Source: a virus. Taken from it: a DNA stretch of 64,000 bases. This document shows, in pieces, positions 10,434 through 21,046 of the stretch. Location: positions 11,243 to 75,242 of IMG/VR virus record IMGVR_UViG_3300042553_000326. One strand, 5' to 3'. The position numbers and the translations under genes were made by a program. The notes under the pieces were generated by a model. That model saw only the letters and a list, made by a program, of their open reading frames with translations, searched no databases and had not been told where the DNA came from. How positions within the stretch are numbered: position 1 is the stretch's first letter; each line of letters starts with the position of its first letter.

Positions 10434-10939
10434 TATAAACTCCTTTCTAAGAGCTTAACATCTTCGTCGAGAAAGGATAGGTAGTCCGCATATCTATCGA
10501 ACTTTAGGAAATCAAGTATTTCATCTCTCGGTAATTCATTCGGTACTCCAAATGCGCACACCCAATGTGTATCTTTATGTGCATATCCCGCACGTTTCAT
10601 ACCACGACGAACTTCGGTAATATGCGGTCCGAATACATCATGGACTCCATCTTCTGGTGTCCATATAGTCATATGACCACTTATCATGATACTGACGTGA
10701 TCGTGTCGGTGAGTAATGCCAGTGGCTATCGTACCTGCCTTAAAAAATATCTCCCTGACATACACATTATTGCCGTAATAGTGAGACGGCTGAAGATCAT
10801 TCTTAGGCATGCTTGCTTCGAGTCTCTCTATCTTCAACATAGAGTCTTCTATATTATCAGTGAGCTTCAACTGTCTGAATTCGTTCAAAGGTTTGAGGCT
10901 ATTGAATGTTAGTTGCGTTTCTAACTTAGCGGGTAACAT
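10433..10939 (-). CDS. Cupin-like protein in the tail module
   Basis: YVREIFFKAGT...H.H.H.SIMISG...G.KR pattern. Confidence 0.5.
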   Translation of the reverse strand: MLPAKLETQLTFNSLKPLNEFRQLKLTDNIEDSMLKIERLEASMPKNDLQPSHYYGNNVYVREIFFKAGTIATGITHRHDHVSIMISGHMTIWTPEDGVHDVFGPHITEVRRGMKRAGYAHKDTHWVCAFGVPNELPRDEILDFLKFDRYADYLSFLDEDVKLLERSL

Positions 10940-11544
10940 TATGCCTTACCCCATAGATAAGCCGTCTTCGATGATGTGAGTCCTACCTGATCGAAAGCAC
11001 TGTCGTCAGGGTTAATCTTACGTAATGCATCCTTTGTGGTCATAAACAGTTTAGTGAGATTTAATGCTGCCATAGGACTTGAGCACTCTAGCGTAGCTAC
11101 TGCAGTACCTTCTTCAGGTTCTACAGCATACCCAGTTGTATCAATAACACCTGAGTAAGCGATTATCAGGTCAGCTACATCAGTTAGATATTGTCCAGGT
11201 GCTGCACCACCTAACGTACCATTAGTGGTATTAAGGAAACACACATAGATATTCACTTCAGAACCTACTACACCGTCTTCAAATAACTGACGCTTACTGA
11301 AACTAGGATCCACATATAGTATTTTATAAGTTTCTCTATCGACAGCTTGTGATAACTTCGGTGCCTCGACCATACTCAAGCCATTGCCTGTTTGAAACGT
11401 CACACCAAGCCCAGATACCGTTATAGGGATTGCAGCTGTAGTATCTAGCAGAGTTTCAGTAGGTGCAATAACATGCACTAGGTAAGCGAATGACACATTA
11501 TCTAACGCGAGCAGTGTAGTGGCATTAGCACTTATCGATCTCAT
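10939..11544 (-). CDS. Tail tip/baseplate hub-type protein
   Basis: Position after the Dit-like gene; C-terminal D..FD....WG signature seen in siphophage hub proteins. Confidence 0.55.
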   Translation of the reverse strand: MRSISANATTLLALDNVSFAYLVHVIAPTETLLDTTAAIPITVSGLGVTFQTGNGLSMVEAPKLSQAVDRETYKILYVDPSFSKRQLFEDGVVGSEVNIYVCFLNTTNGTLGGAAPGQYLTDVADLIIAYSGVIDTTGYAVEPEEGTAVATLECSSPMAALNLTKLFMTTKDALRKINPDDSAFDQVGLTSSKTAYLWGKA

Positions 11545-12149
11545 AGTGCCTCCACAAGTTTCACTGAACCATTATCGCTAAGAATACCATCTGTGAATTT
11601 TATACCTAATGCAACATCTTTTTCGTACAAGGCTGTTAAGGTAACGTTTCCACCTGTTTTTATTGCGACACCGTTGGTTAATGCTGATACTAATGGAGGT
11701 GCTATTCCAACGTTAGCACTAGCAGCGCCTGCATCGGTAACCATATATACTTTGGAGTGATTAGCGAATTTAATGAATTCTCCAGGAACCATTGCGGATG
11801 CGCCAGTGATATTCAGTGTACTAGCACCAATAGATGCTGTACCGTTTACAACGATTCCGTCAGCAGATGTAGTCAGATTAGGAACCTGCGGCATACGAAC
11901 GTATATTGGAGTATAAGCCCCATTTTTAACACTATGCACTAGAAATCCTGTAGTCCCGTTTTCAGGGTGCACATTTGCTTCGATCTCCCACCTTTGCACA
12001 TTCTGCGAACCAGTGACTCTACGTAGGCTCAGCATATCTTGCACATAAGCAGGTTGGTTACTTGTAATAGACAATGGTGCAACGAATACTGTTTGTAACT
12101 CGGAATCCTGTCCGGTATTTGTACTTGTTTTTAGTATCCCATATTTCAT
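11541..12149 (-). CDS. Distal tail-type protein
   Basis: Immediately downstream of TMP; QRWE, GEFIKFANHSKVYMV and C-terminal LVEAL motifs. Confidence 0.6.
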   Translation of the reverse strand: MKYGILKTSTNTGQDSELQTVFVAPLSITSNQPAYVQDMLSLRRVTGSQNVQRWEIEANVHPENGTTGFLVHSVKNGAYTPIYVRMPQVPNLTTSADGIVVNGTASIGASTLNITGASAMVPGEFIKFANHSKVYMVTDAGAASANVGIAPPLVSALTNGVAIKTGGNVTLTALYEKDVALGIKFTDGILSDNGSVKLVEAL

Positions 12150-12164
12150 ATAGTGTCCTTAAGA

Positions 12165-12192
12165 AAGGACAAGGGGATCGCTCCCCTTGTTT
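12165..12192. terminator. Hairpin after the TMP gene
   Basis: acaagggga-tcgc-tccccttgt perfect inverted repeat; no clear U-tract. Confidence 0.5.
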
Positions 12193-12195
12193 ACC

Positions 12196-15100
12196 TTATC
12201 TACGGCCCTTCTCAGCGTTGTGCATGTTGACACCTGTCGCTATTTGAGGGATCATCTTTTGTATCTCAGAGCGTGTCTGACGAGATACATCGCCAGTGAT
12301 ATTAATATTGAACACCTGTTGAGACTTCTGTTCATCCATCCTCTTACTTGAATCAATAGATGCCATTGCGGGCGTTACAGCTAATGCACCTGCAACTAAG
12401 CCACCCTCTGCGAAACGTCTGAAAGAACCGTTGTTAATAGACTCAAGTAGTGGTAAGAACTTCTTTGTAGAATTAGCATTTATTACATACTCTCCGTTAG
12501 AAAGCATGGTTGCTATACTATCAGAGGTTCCGGTACCAGCACCACTTACTCTACCGCCGCTAGCCATCCCGTATCCAAAGTCCCATTGCCATTCTGGAAT
12601 CTCTATGATCATATCTGGAGGAGCTATAGGCGTCGATACTGCAGCACCTGCCGCCGTACCACCAGCTGTATCTCCTGTAAACCATTCTTTGGCACCAGAT
12701 ATCAGACCACCGATTCCACCTAACAGGCCTCCACCTCCTGGAGCTGTAGATCCACCTGTAAATATGCCTTTAATGATATCCCAGGCTGATGTGAGGATGC
12801 TCTTGAGATCACCCCAAGCAGACTTCAAAATACCACCGAGATCTCGCCAAGCACTAGATAAAGAGGAAAAGAAGAAGTTATTATTATCATTTAGTACACC
12901 AGCATTTGTATTAGCAGCTGCATCTAATACTTTAGCTTGTGCATCTAAATTTACAGCAGACATCTGCTCGGATACTTTATTTTCTGCTGAGAATAACTTA
13001 GATCTGATTGTGTTACCAGAATCTACTACTTCTTTCAAAGCGATAGGTGTAGATTGTAACGATTCAGTAAGCGAACCAGCGGAGTCAGGTAGTACAGCTC
13101 CTAGATTCTTTAGGTTCTTCTGTAGTAGGTCAGTAGCTTCACTTCCATCTGTAGTAGAATTCTTCCCACCTAATATGAATTCGTTGAAGTTATCTTTAAT
13201 ACCTTTGAAGTACCCGCCAATACCTTCATAACCAGGCCCCTGCTTGGATTCAAAGATTCTACCAATATTAGTAAAGCTTTGAGCTTGATTGGCCATATAT
13301 CTAGCGATGAATCCTTCAATAGTACCTTTCATGAAGGCTTTAACGAAACTATCAACAGATACCTCAATAATTCTATTAGTGAAATTATTGAACATACCCC
13401 TAATCAGCGATTCCGGACCATCGAACCAGTTCTTGTTACCCTTGAATACTTCTGACATACTTTGTGAAAGTTGTGAAGTGAATTCAGACGCAAGTGATAT
13501 ACCGAGGTTTCTAGCTTCAGGCTTAATGAAGACGCCCCATTTAATGTTAGCCAATGACTCGCCTACTGCCTTAGCTATCTGTGGGCCTACAGTCTTCTCT
13601 GCTGATTTCTGCTTTCGCATATTCAAAGAGATGATCCGCTTATCACCACCACCTGGCTTAGCCTCTTCAGCATCAATAGCGTTCCTAGCCTCTTCGAACC
13701 TATTAAGGTGATACTCAATAGATTGTTCAGTCCACTCATCAAGACCATCAGCTACTTCTTTTGTAAAGCCATTCAGCATCTCTCTGAATTCGCTATCGCC
13801 TCTACCAGCGAATGTCTGTATAACAGCCTCAGAGAAATTCATGCTGTCAAGCTTCTTAGAGAATCCGCCCTTTGTCTCATTAGGTACTAACGCGTCCTTT
13901 GGAGATGCATTGGCATTAAGGATATCATCAATCCTAGGACCACCTTTTCTGAGAAACTCCGTAGCTCCAAAGATACCACCAAACGGTTGAAGCGCCTTTG
14001 CAGCTTCATCACGTACTTTACCTAATATCTCACGTCTAGCTTCCGAAGTCTCTGCGGCATAACCTGCCTCTGCAGTTCTATATGCAACAACCTTATCTCT
14101 TATCTTGGTGTATTTATCTAGAGTATCTACAAGTTCGCTTCGCTCGGCATCCCCAAGTGCAGCTATCTTTTCTATAGATGTGGTAAAGCCTGTGGACTCC
14201 AATGCATCTTGTATAACGCCATTCGCTTTATCTAATTCCATATTACCCATGGCATCACGAATAGCATTACTAGATTCATCAGCCGTCTTACCGAAAGCTG
14301 AACGTATAGCATTGAGAATGCGGTCTCTGATACCACCCAGACCCATAGAGTCAATTACCTTATTGAAAGCTGCTAATGCTCTGTCTGTAAGACTTCCTCC
14401 ACTGGAAGGAACCATCCCTTCTATTTCCTTCGGACCTAATCGTCTGCCAATAAACTTCTCTACGTAGGCTGGATCTTCAGCATAGCCGCCTTTCTGCAAA
14501 CCAGTAGCAAACTTGACCATATCAGCTTCGGCGTTTAGAGACTCTTTATAGCGTCTCTGAATCAAACCTGAGTACTCTTCCTCAAATTCGATTATATCCT
14601 TGAAGACTCTGAAATTCTGCTTTATAGGATTGCCCTTAGCATCTTTATCACTACGCGTCACGAACGGTTGATTACCTACTGCAATCATATTGCCAAGATT
14701 ATTGCCTACAATCTTTGCACCATAACCAGTCTCAAGACCCCAATGTCGAAGAATCACATCTGGACTTACACCCAGTGTATTACCGACACGTTCGGCAGAT
14801 GTACGATATGTACGTTCGAATAGCGCCTTTCCACCTTCACTAAAGCCCGGTAGCCCTGCACCACTATTGATTGCCTCAAGCAGACCCTGGTATTTGGCAG
14901 TGGACTTCGCATTGACAACAAACTCACCATTAGACAACCTAGCGAGAATACTATCTGATGTACCAGTTCCAGCGCCTCTAATAGATCCACCAGCAGCATA
15001 ACCTTCAGGATCTTTACCCTCATTACCCCTTAGCATCCATTCAAAGAAGTCAAATGGTGTCTTAAATTTAGTTTGCCTAAACTTAGGAGCTTTGTATCTA

Positions 15101-18100
15101 GGATTGTCCTCGAAATGCTGAGGCTTACCGTATATCGATGGATCAGGATTGTATTGAGCGGGTACAAGATCTCTATACTTAGTGCCCAGCATCAGTGCAC
15201 CAGCAGCATGCCTTAGTGTCTGTGACATCGGACCTTTATCAGCCATCAGTCTTACCATCTCATCAGACATAGCGATGCTCATTATACTGAATGGGTTCTT
15301 AGATCCATTGAATGTAGCATCATCTGCGAAATCCCAGGCATCATCCAGAAACTTAGATTCACCGGCTGTCTCTTGTGTCAGATTCGATATATAAGCACGC
15401 ATTGCTAGTGCCATGAATGACTTGCCATCACTGCTTATAGGGAATGGAGCGTTTGCGATAGTATGCATATACGCAAGGTATTCTTCATCTATTCTGGCAC
15501 CACCTATTCTGGAGGATGCGTCAGCGATATAGTTACTCATGCCCAACGCTTTACGATTACTCAGTAGTTCATGATGCCCAAATTCGTGGCGACCAATAAT
15601 ATACTTCAATTCATTTTCTAATTGACTACCCTTATTTCCGAACTTAGGATAGGCAATCATCTTGTCGCCGAAGCTGTAGCCTCCTTCGAAAGCATCTCCT
15701 GATAGTAGTCTCTTCAGGCCAGCGCCTTTGACATCAGAATTTAGTCCACCGTAAAGACTATCAAAGTCTATAAAACCGCCTGTCTGAAAGCCTCTAAGCA
15801 TTCTGTCGCGAGCATCCAGTGTACCAAAGATATGTAACTTTTCGAAGTAATTAAATAAATCAGCGTTAGCGGCGTTATCTACAGCAAGATTTTTCCTAAC
15901 GTGATTACTAGAACTAGCTATTAATCTACCATCAGAATCTCTGACACTACCATTGCCGTTAGTACGACCAGATAGGATTGTATCGGCTATACTGCTCTTT
16001 CTGCTCTCTCGCATCTTTAGCAACGTATGGAATAGATAAGTATTAGCTTTGAACGTATGTAAGGAATCTAAAGTGTTTCGACCGTCGTCAATATAACTAA
16101 GAGCACTACTAAAACTATCCAACTCGTGTATATCACCAAATGCCCCAAGTGACTTTCTTATCAGATTAGATACACCTAATTTCCCAGCAATATCTTGCGC
16201 AAATGGTAAATCAAAATCTCTTCTATAACGGCGTTGTGGAGGACCAAGTGGATTTACTCCAATCAGACTCATAGCTTCCTCTACAAGAAGCTGTGCACCA
16301 TATGGATCAGCATCAGAAACCGATGCCTTACTCCAAAGATTCCTTATACTAGGTATCATAGATGGTAGTATCAAATCTCCGTACTTCTTGATGGAGGCTT
16401 GAACTAACGGTTCTACAAACTCAGGCTTAACACCTCTCTCTAGGACAGAACCTACCTTACCCTCTAATAGATTGACACCATAGTCAAGACGATTCTCTGT
16501 AAGAGCGTTGGTGAATAATGCCTTTGCATCTTCCGCAGAAATGGCAACTCCGTTCTGTCTAGCAGCTGAAATGGCCATTGCTAATGCACGAGGGTCGAAT
16601 GAAGTAGTTTCAGGTGCATATTTCTGCTTACCATTCGGCAGTTTAGCAGCCATTCTATCGTTCTGATAGAAGCTGTTATACCCGCCCTTGGCAAACCCAG
16701 GTAATCCACCGTTGTTGATAGTTTCCAGCAAACCTCTATGTCTCGCCGTAGCTGCTGCATTGACAACGAACTCACCATTAGACAATCTAGCTAAGATACT
16801 ATCAGAAGTACCTGTTCCAGGGCCACGTATCGGGCCACCGGCAGCGTTCGCTGGAATCTGATTTACCTTGGCGGATTCAGTCTGTTGTGGCAGGTCTGTA
16901 CCAGAAGCATAGCGTAATGCTTTGTATATCAGGTATCCAATACCAGCAGCCACAGCAAGTTTCGCAGCTATAACGGCAGCAGCAATAACAGCTGGAGAGG
17001 AGAATACAGCAGCAACAGCACCTAGAGCGATACCTAAGGTTGTTATGAGATTTCTAACTATTGGTGACGTTATACCAAATGCTTGTCTAAGTTCTTTGGC
17101 AAGTTCTAAAAATAAGCCATTAAGCAGTGGGCCTATATTTTGAAATATCATCCTAAGCGATACACCCATAGATGACAAGGATGACAACGTTGTAGTCCCA
17201 AGCTGTGTAGCTAGAAGCTTAACAGCCACCCAGGTTCCAATCAACCCACCGCCAACAAAAGAGCCGAGATCACCTACTGTGCTATCTGTGCCAGGAATTT
17301 TGGTATCAGTTTTGAGAGTGTCTCTGACGAAACTACGAGGACCATTTGTCAGAGCGTCTATATGCTCCTTGATCTTCTTACTTACATTCTCCCAGAGTTC
17401 GCCCATCTTATTTACAAACGGGTCTAGCGCATTCTCTTTCACGAATGTAAAGGCTGTTTTTACAGCCCCTACCAGCGTATCCCAATTGGTCAGAGCAAGT
17501 ACTAATGCCGCGACACCAACTATAAACAAAGTGATAGGCGCTGTCAGAATTGGCAATAGGAATGCAACAGCTTTACCTACACCGGCTAGAATTGCACTGG
17601 AGAATAACGCTGTAAGCTGAATAGCTGCTACGCCTATGAAAGCGCCTATCGCCTGCCCAGTTAACGCGGATGCGATAATAGTTCCATATTTTGCCCATTC
17701 AGATGATTCACCCATACCTTTGACAATTTCGACACCTATTTGGTAGCCAGCGAATGTACCCGCCGTGCCACCGATGCCACCACCTAAAGTCATCAGTCCG
17801 GCCTTCGCATTCTTAGAAGCTTCTGCCAATGTTTTATTCAAGTCCTTCAGCTGTGTATTAACTGCCTGTCTGTTAGCAGTGGCTGCAGCTAGATCAGCTG
17901 GATTACTTTGTCTAGCATTAGCTATTCTTAAGTCAGCATTAGCTAATCTGTTTTGTAACACTTGTTGCGTAATCTTGTCTGTGCCGATTTGCGCAAGTCT
18001 AGTAGGGCCAGTCGCTATCGTCTTCAATGCGCCTAGCGCTATCTCACGCCCTTTCTCAAATAGCAGTGCTAACTTGGCAATAACAGTAAGTGTACCAATT

Positions 18101-20358
18101 AACCCAGCACTACCTGTTATTCCTTTCCCAAGGAAACCCTTTACGATCATATCTACGAATTCTCTGAATCCACCGACTAATCGCTTAGAGGCATCTGCAA
18201 CCAGCTGCTTATCCAGTATCTTTTCCATGTATAACAACAGTACAGTTGTATATACACCGAAGGTAAACATCGGTAGCTTTTCGCCGAATATAGGTATCAA
18301 CTTCTTAGACAGAAGATGTAACGCTGTTCCAACCATTGTGGCTAGGGCTGCAAATACAGGAACTTGAAAGCTAGATGGCAATGCATTGAAAGCATCATGG
18401 CCGAACGCTCTCGACTCTCTGCCCTTCTTTGGACCTCTCGCCACCTGCCCATCTGGGTCAGAATCAACCATCCTGCCTAGCTTTTCATACTTGAACTTAA
18501 CCTTATCTTGTATACCTAAGACTTGTTTCAGCGTATGAATAAAGGCGGCATCCGACTTAGCGAACCAGTCTTTGAAATCAGCTATGAACATCGAGACGTA
18601 CCTGCCTATGCTGGTAGATAATAAGCTATCCATAACAGATGAGAACTTCTGCGAGAAGTAACTCTTTATGGACTTCATAACATCTACAAGTTCTGCATAG
18701 TTGGACTTAACAGCATCCATGAAGGATAAGAAAGGAGTTTCCTTTTGACCCTGTGCGCCATTCAATCCGACAGTTCTAACGCCACTGTTTACCCCAACCA
18801 TCGTGAAACCACGACGATCAGACATTTCTGAGTCTGAATAAACTCTGCCAGGTCCGCGACCGATTTTCTCTGGGACTTTCTCAACAGCACTTCTGGATTT
18901 TAAATCCTTCAGATAAGCTCTAATGGTAGTAAGTGTTTTGGAAAAGCTTGTTGTAATCTTATCGATACTGGAGGATAGACCTCCAAAAATATCTTTGAAT
19001 ACACCACCTATTAATACTCCCGCTGCGACAAATACAGCAACTACTTTAGCAGCCCACATTTTCACAGAAGACAGGTCAGGCAAAAATGTCAACAACTCTT
19101 TGAACTTAGTTTTATACTGTTCAAAATCGAAGAGACCATTCATCATACCTTTGATAGCTTCGAATGCATTCCTGGCAATAGCTGGTAAATCTTGGATAAA
19201 TTTGATCGTATCCAGCATAAGGTCTATGATCGCAATTTCGAACACAGACGCGTAATGCTGAATTCTTTCAGCGAACTTACCCATGGCTACGGCCATATTG
19301 TTTATTTGTTCAGCTGGGCCGCCGGAGCTAGAAAAGAATAGATTAGATATAGCTCTGAATAACAGAAGTCCAGATGTCTGAGCATTTTGGAAAGCCTGTG
19401 CAAATGTAACACCAACTTTCTTGAACTTAGAGTCCATTACATCGGCCTGACTCAGTATTGCTCTAAACACTTCATCAGCAGTAAGTTTACCCTCCTCACC
19501 CATCTTACGCAGGTCGCCGATAGCCTTACCCATTCCTTCGGCTATTGCCCTGGCTAATGCAGGTGCATTCTCTAACACTGAGCGAAGTTCTTCACCAGCT
19601 AAGATACCAGATGCTAAACCCTGGCCTAACTGCAAGATAGCGCTTCTAGCTTCCTGCATTGTGGTTCCAGACACAGCTAATGACTTGCCAATAGTAGAAG
19701 TCACTCTAGCAACCTCACGTTGGCTCACACCAAGTGTGTCACTAGCTTGGGCAATCTTGGTGTACAGTGTTGCAATATCAGCTAATGGTGTGCGAGTAGC
19801 CGTTGCAATGTGAGTTACATCTCTGAAGGCATTAGCGAACTTAGTAGTGGAATTTGTAACTAAATTAATCTTCGTATCGATATTGGTTAAGATATCTGAA
19901 AATATAGCTAGTGAGGCAGCTGCACCGGAGGCGACAGTCACCTTAAGCAAGGTATTAGTTAATCCACCAGTCGACTTACTCGCCTTCTCAGTAACAGATG
20001 AGAATTCTGAAACAGATCTAGAATACGTCTGTAATTGTCCAGAGGCTTTATCAAGACCGTCAGCAGTAAAGTTAGTAGGTCTTCTAAGTGCATTCTTTAC
20101 CTTATCTACTTCTCTACCGAGCTTTTGTACATTAGCTGTTGCGGTTCCAGTAGCGACCTCTGCCTTATTGCCTTTTAAACCTTCTTTGAAACTGGTAGTG
20201 GACTGACCCAGCTTATCGATTTTCTTTTGTGCTTCATCAGCATTGACTTTAAGCTTTATATCATTTACGTTATCCAATCCACGTAACTTAGCTCTTAATC
20301 TGTCAACGGTAGAATTAGCTTTCTTTCCATCAACTAATACTTCTAATTCTATTGACAT
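12196..20358 (-). CDS. Tape measure protein with GH73-like glycosidase and HEXXH peptidase-like domains
   Basis: Tape-measure domain (QLGQGLASGILAGEELRSVLENAP); three GG...G.GTGTSDSI...LSNGE(F/Y)V(V/I)NA repeats; LETGYG..NNLGNM..GGYAEDPAY; HEFGH. Confidence 0.92.
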   Translation of the reverse strand: MSIELEVLVDGKKANSTVDRLRAKLRGLDNVNDIKLKVNADEAQKKIDKLGQSTTSFKEGLKGNKAEVATGTATANVQKLGREVDKVKNALRRPTNFTADGLDKASGQLQTYSRSVSEFSSVTEKASKSTGGLTNTLLKVTVASGAAASLAIFSDILTNIDTKINLVTNSTTKFANAFRDVTHIATATRTPLADIATLYTKIAQASDTLGVSQREVARVTSTIGKSLAVSGTTMQEARSAILQLGQGLASGILAGEELRSVLENAPALARAIAEGMGKAIGDLRKMGEEGKLTADEVFRAILSQADVMDSKFKKVGVTFAQAFQNAQTSGLLLFRAISNLFFSSSGGPAEQINNMAVAMGKFAERIQHYASVFEIAIIDLMLDTIKFIQDLPAIARNAFEAIKGMMNGLFDFEQYKTKFKELLTFLPDLSSVKMWAAKVVAVFVAAGVLIGGVFKDIFGGLSSSIDKITTSFSKTLTTIRAYLKDLKSRSAVEKVPEKIGRGPGRVYSDSEMSDRRGFTMVGVNSGVRTVGLNGAQGQKETPFLSFMDAVKSNYAELVDVMKSIKSYFSQKFSSVMDSLLSTSIGRYVSMFIADFKDWFAKSDAAFIHTLKQVLGIQDKVKFKYEKLGRMVDSDPDGQVARGPKKGRESRAFGHDAFNALPSSFQVPVFAALATMVGTALHLLSKKLIPIFGEKLPMFTFGVYTTVLLLYMEKILDKQLVADASKRLVGGFREFVDMIVKGFLGKGITGSAGLIGTLTVIAKLALLFEKGREIALGALKTIATGPTRLAQIGTDKITQQVLQNRLANADLRIANARQSNPADLAAATANRQAVNTQLKDLNKTLAEASKNAKAGLMTLGGGIGGTAGTFAGYQIGVEIVKGMGESSEWAKYGTIIASALTGQAIGAFIGVAAIQLTALFSSAILAGVGKAVAFLLPILTAPITLFIVGVAALVLALTNWDTLVGAVKTAFTFVKENALDPFVNKMGELWENVSKKIKEHIDALTNGPRSFVRDTLKTDTKIPGTDSTVGDLGSFVGGGLIGTWVAVKLLATQLGTTTLSSLSSMGVSLRMIFQNIGPLLNGLFLELAKELRQAFGITSPIVRNLITTLGIALGAVAAVFSSPAVIAAAVIAAKLAVAAGIGYLIYKALRYASGTDLPQQTESAKVNQIPANAAGGPIRGPGTGTSDSILARLSNGEFVVNAAATARHRGLLETINNGGLPGFAKGGYNSFYQNDRMAAKLPNGKQKYAPETTSFDPRALAMAISAARQNGVAISAEDAKALFTNALTENRLDYGVNLLEGKVGSVLERGVKPEFVEPLVQASIKKYGDLILPSMIPSIRNLWSKASVSDADPYGAQLLVEEAMSLIGVNPLGPPQRRYRRDFDLPFAQDIAGKLGVSNLIRKSLGAFGDIHELDSFSSALSYIDDGRNTLDSLHTFKANTYLFHTLLKMRESRKSSIADTILSGRTNGNGSVRDSDGRLIASSSNHVRKNLAVDNAANADLFNYFEKLHIFGTLDARDRMLRGFQTGGFIDFDSLYGGLNSDVKGAGLKRLLSGDAFEGGYSFGDKMIAYPKFGNKGSQLENELKYIIGRHEFGHHELLSNRKALGMSNYIADASSRIGGARIDEEYLAYMHTIANAPFPISSDGKSFMALAMRAYISNLTQETAGESKFLDDAWDFADDATFNGSKNPFSIMSIAMSDEMVRLMADKGPMSQTLRHAAGALMLGTKYRDLVPAQYNPDPSIYGKPQHFEDNPRYKAPKFRQTKFKTPFDFFEWMLRGNEGKDPEGYAAGGSIRGAGTGTSDSILARLSNGEFVVNAKSTAKYQGLLEAINSGAGLPGFSEGGKALFERTYRTSAERVGNTLGVSPDVILRHWGLETGYGAKIVGNNLGNMIAVGNQPFVTRSDKDAKGNPIKQNFRVFKDIIEFEEEYSGLIQRRYKESLNAEADMVKFATGLQKGGYAEDPAYVEKFIGRRLGPKEIEGMVPSSGGSLTDRALAAFNKVIDSMGLGGIRDRILNAIRSAFGKTADESSNAIRDAMGNMELDKANGVIQDALESTGFTTSIEKIAALGDAERSELVDTLDKYTKIRDKVVAYRTAEAGYAAETSEARREILGKVRDEAAKALQPFGGIFGATEFLRKGGPRIDDILNANASPKDALVPNETKGGFSKKLDSMNFSEAVIQTFAGRGDSEFREMLNGFTKEVADGLDEWTEQSIEYHLNRFEEARNAIDAEEAKPGGGDKRIISLNMRKQKSAEKTVGPQIAKAVGESLANIKWGVFIKPEARNLGISLASEFTSQLSQSMSEVFKGNKNWFDGPESLIRGMFNNFTNRIIEVSVDSFVKAFMKGTIEGFIARYMANQAQSFTNIGRIFESKQGPGYEGIGGYFKGIKDNFNEFILGGKNSTTDGSEATDLLQKNLKNLGAVLPDSAGSLTESLQSTPIALKEVVDSGNTIRSKLFSAENKVSEQMSAVNLDAQAKVLDAAANTNAGVLNDNNNFFFSSLSSAWRDLGGILKSAWGDLKSILTSAWDIIKGIFTGGSTAPGGGGLLGGIGGLISGAKEWFTGDTAGGTAAGAAVSTPIAPPDMIIEIPEWQWDFGYGMASGGRVSGAGTGTSDSIATMLSNGEYVINANSTKKFLPLLESINNGSFRRFAEGGLVAGALAVTPAMASIDSSKRMDEQKSQQVFNINITGDVSRQTRSEIQKMIPQIATGVNMHNAEKGRR

Positions 20359-20368
20359 TTAATTCTCC

Positions 20369-20405
20369 AAAAATAACCCCCGATGACATAATGCCATCAG
20401 GGGTC
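20369..20405 (-). terminator. Possible terminator/attenuator before TMP
   Basis: Imperfect hairpin gacccctgatgg...catcgggggtt followed by attttt on the minus strand. Confidence 0.4.
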
Positions 20406-20711
20406 TTATTTTGTTACCTTTCCGACGGGTCTTCCGTATTTTAAAGCAACTTTCTCTACGAAAAATGGCGGAGCTTGTTTTGAACTACCTGCGTTAAGCT
20501 CATCTATATACGGGACAGGATTACTAACATTAAATCTATCATCACCCTGTGGTGTTACTTTCCAACTATCCTGTGCTAGACCTGTATCTACTGGTGTAGC
20601 CAGTTTCAAGTCAGCTAGCAGAGCGACCATAGTGATGGCTACCTTATCAGATCCAGCTTTCTTCAGCTTATCTCGAAGCTTGCCTATCTCATATTCTAGA
20701 TTTTTAATCAC
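20406..20711 (-). CDS. HK97 gp10-like neck/tail completion protein
   Basis: TPVDTG...W...NPVPYI..LN.GSSKQAP motif. Confidence 0.75.
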   Translation of the reverse strand: MIKNLEYEIGKLRDKLKKAGSDKVAITMVALLADLKLATPVDTGLAQDSWKVTPQGDDRFNVSNPVPYIDELNAGSSKQAPPFFVEKVALKYGRPVGKVTK

Positions 20712-21046
20712 TATGCATCCCCTACTATTGATGTCAGAGATTCACCGCCTTTTGCACCAAGCATCTTTCTAAACAATGCTGAGTTCTTAAGGCCATTATC
20801 ACCTTTCTTACCCTTAATAGCAGCTAGCGACGGGAATAATTTATCCCTGGAGATCTTTGCTCCAGCAGCTTCTATTTGTAACGCAGCTCGATAGTCCTCA
20901 CGCCATCCAACAGGTCTATCCTTAAAATACAGTTGCCAACCTCTAAACTCTGTGTACGGCATATCACAGACTTCTTGAAAGGAACAGCGAAGAGTATAGG
21001 CTAGTTCGTATAGCTCTATATCTTCTTCGCTTAATTCGACTTTCCC
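20711..21046 (-). CDS. Tail assembly chaperone, frameshifted C-terminal extension (gpGT-like)
   Basis: The -1 frame from GGGAAAG reads KVELSEEDIELYELAYTLRCSFQEVCDMPYTEF and joins ORF 20711..20962 with no stop. Confidence 0.8.
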   Translation of the reverse strand, partial: GKVELSEEDIELYELAYTLRCSFQEVCDMPYTEFRGWQLYFKDRPVGWREDYRAALQIEAAGAKISRDKLFPSLAAIKGKKGDNGLKNSALFRKMLGAKGGESLTSIVGDA

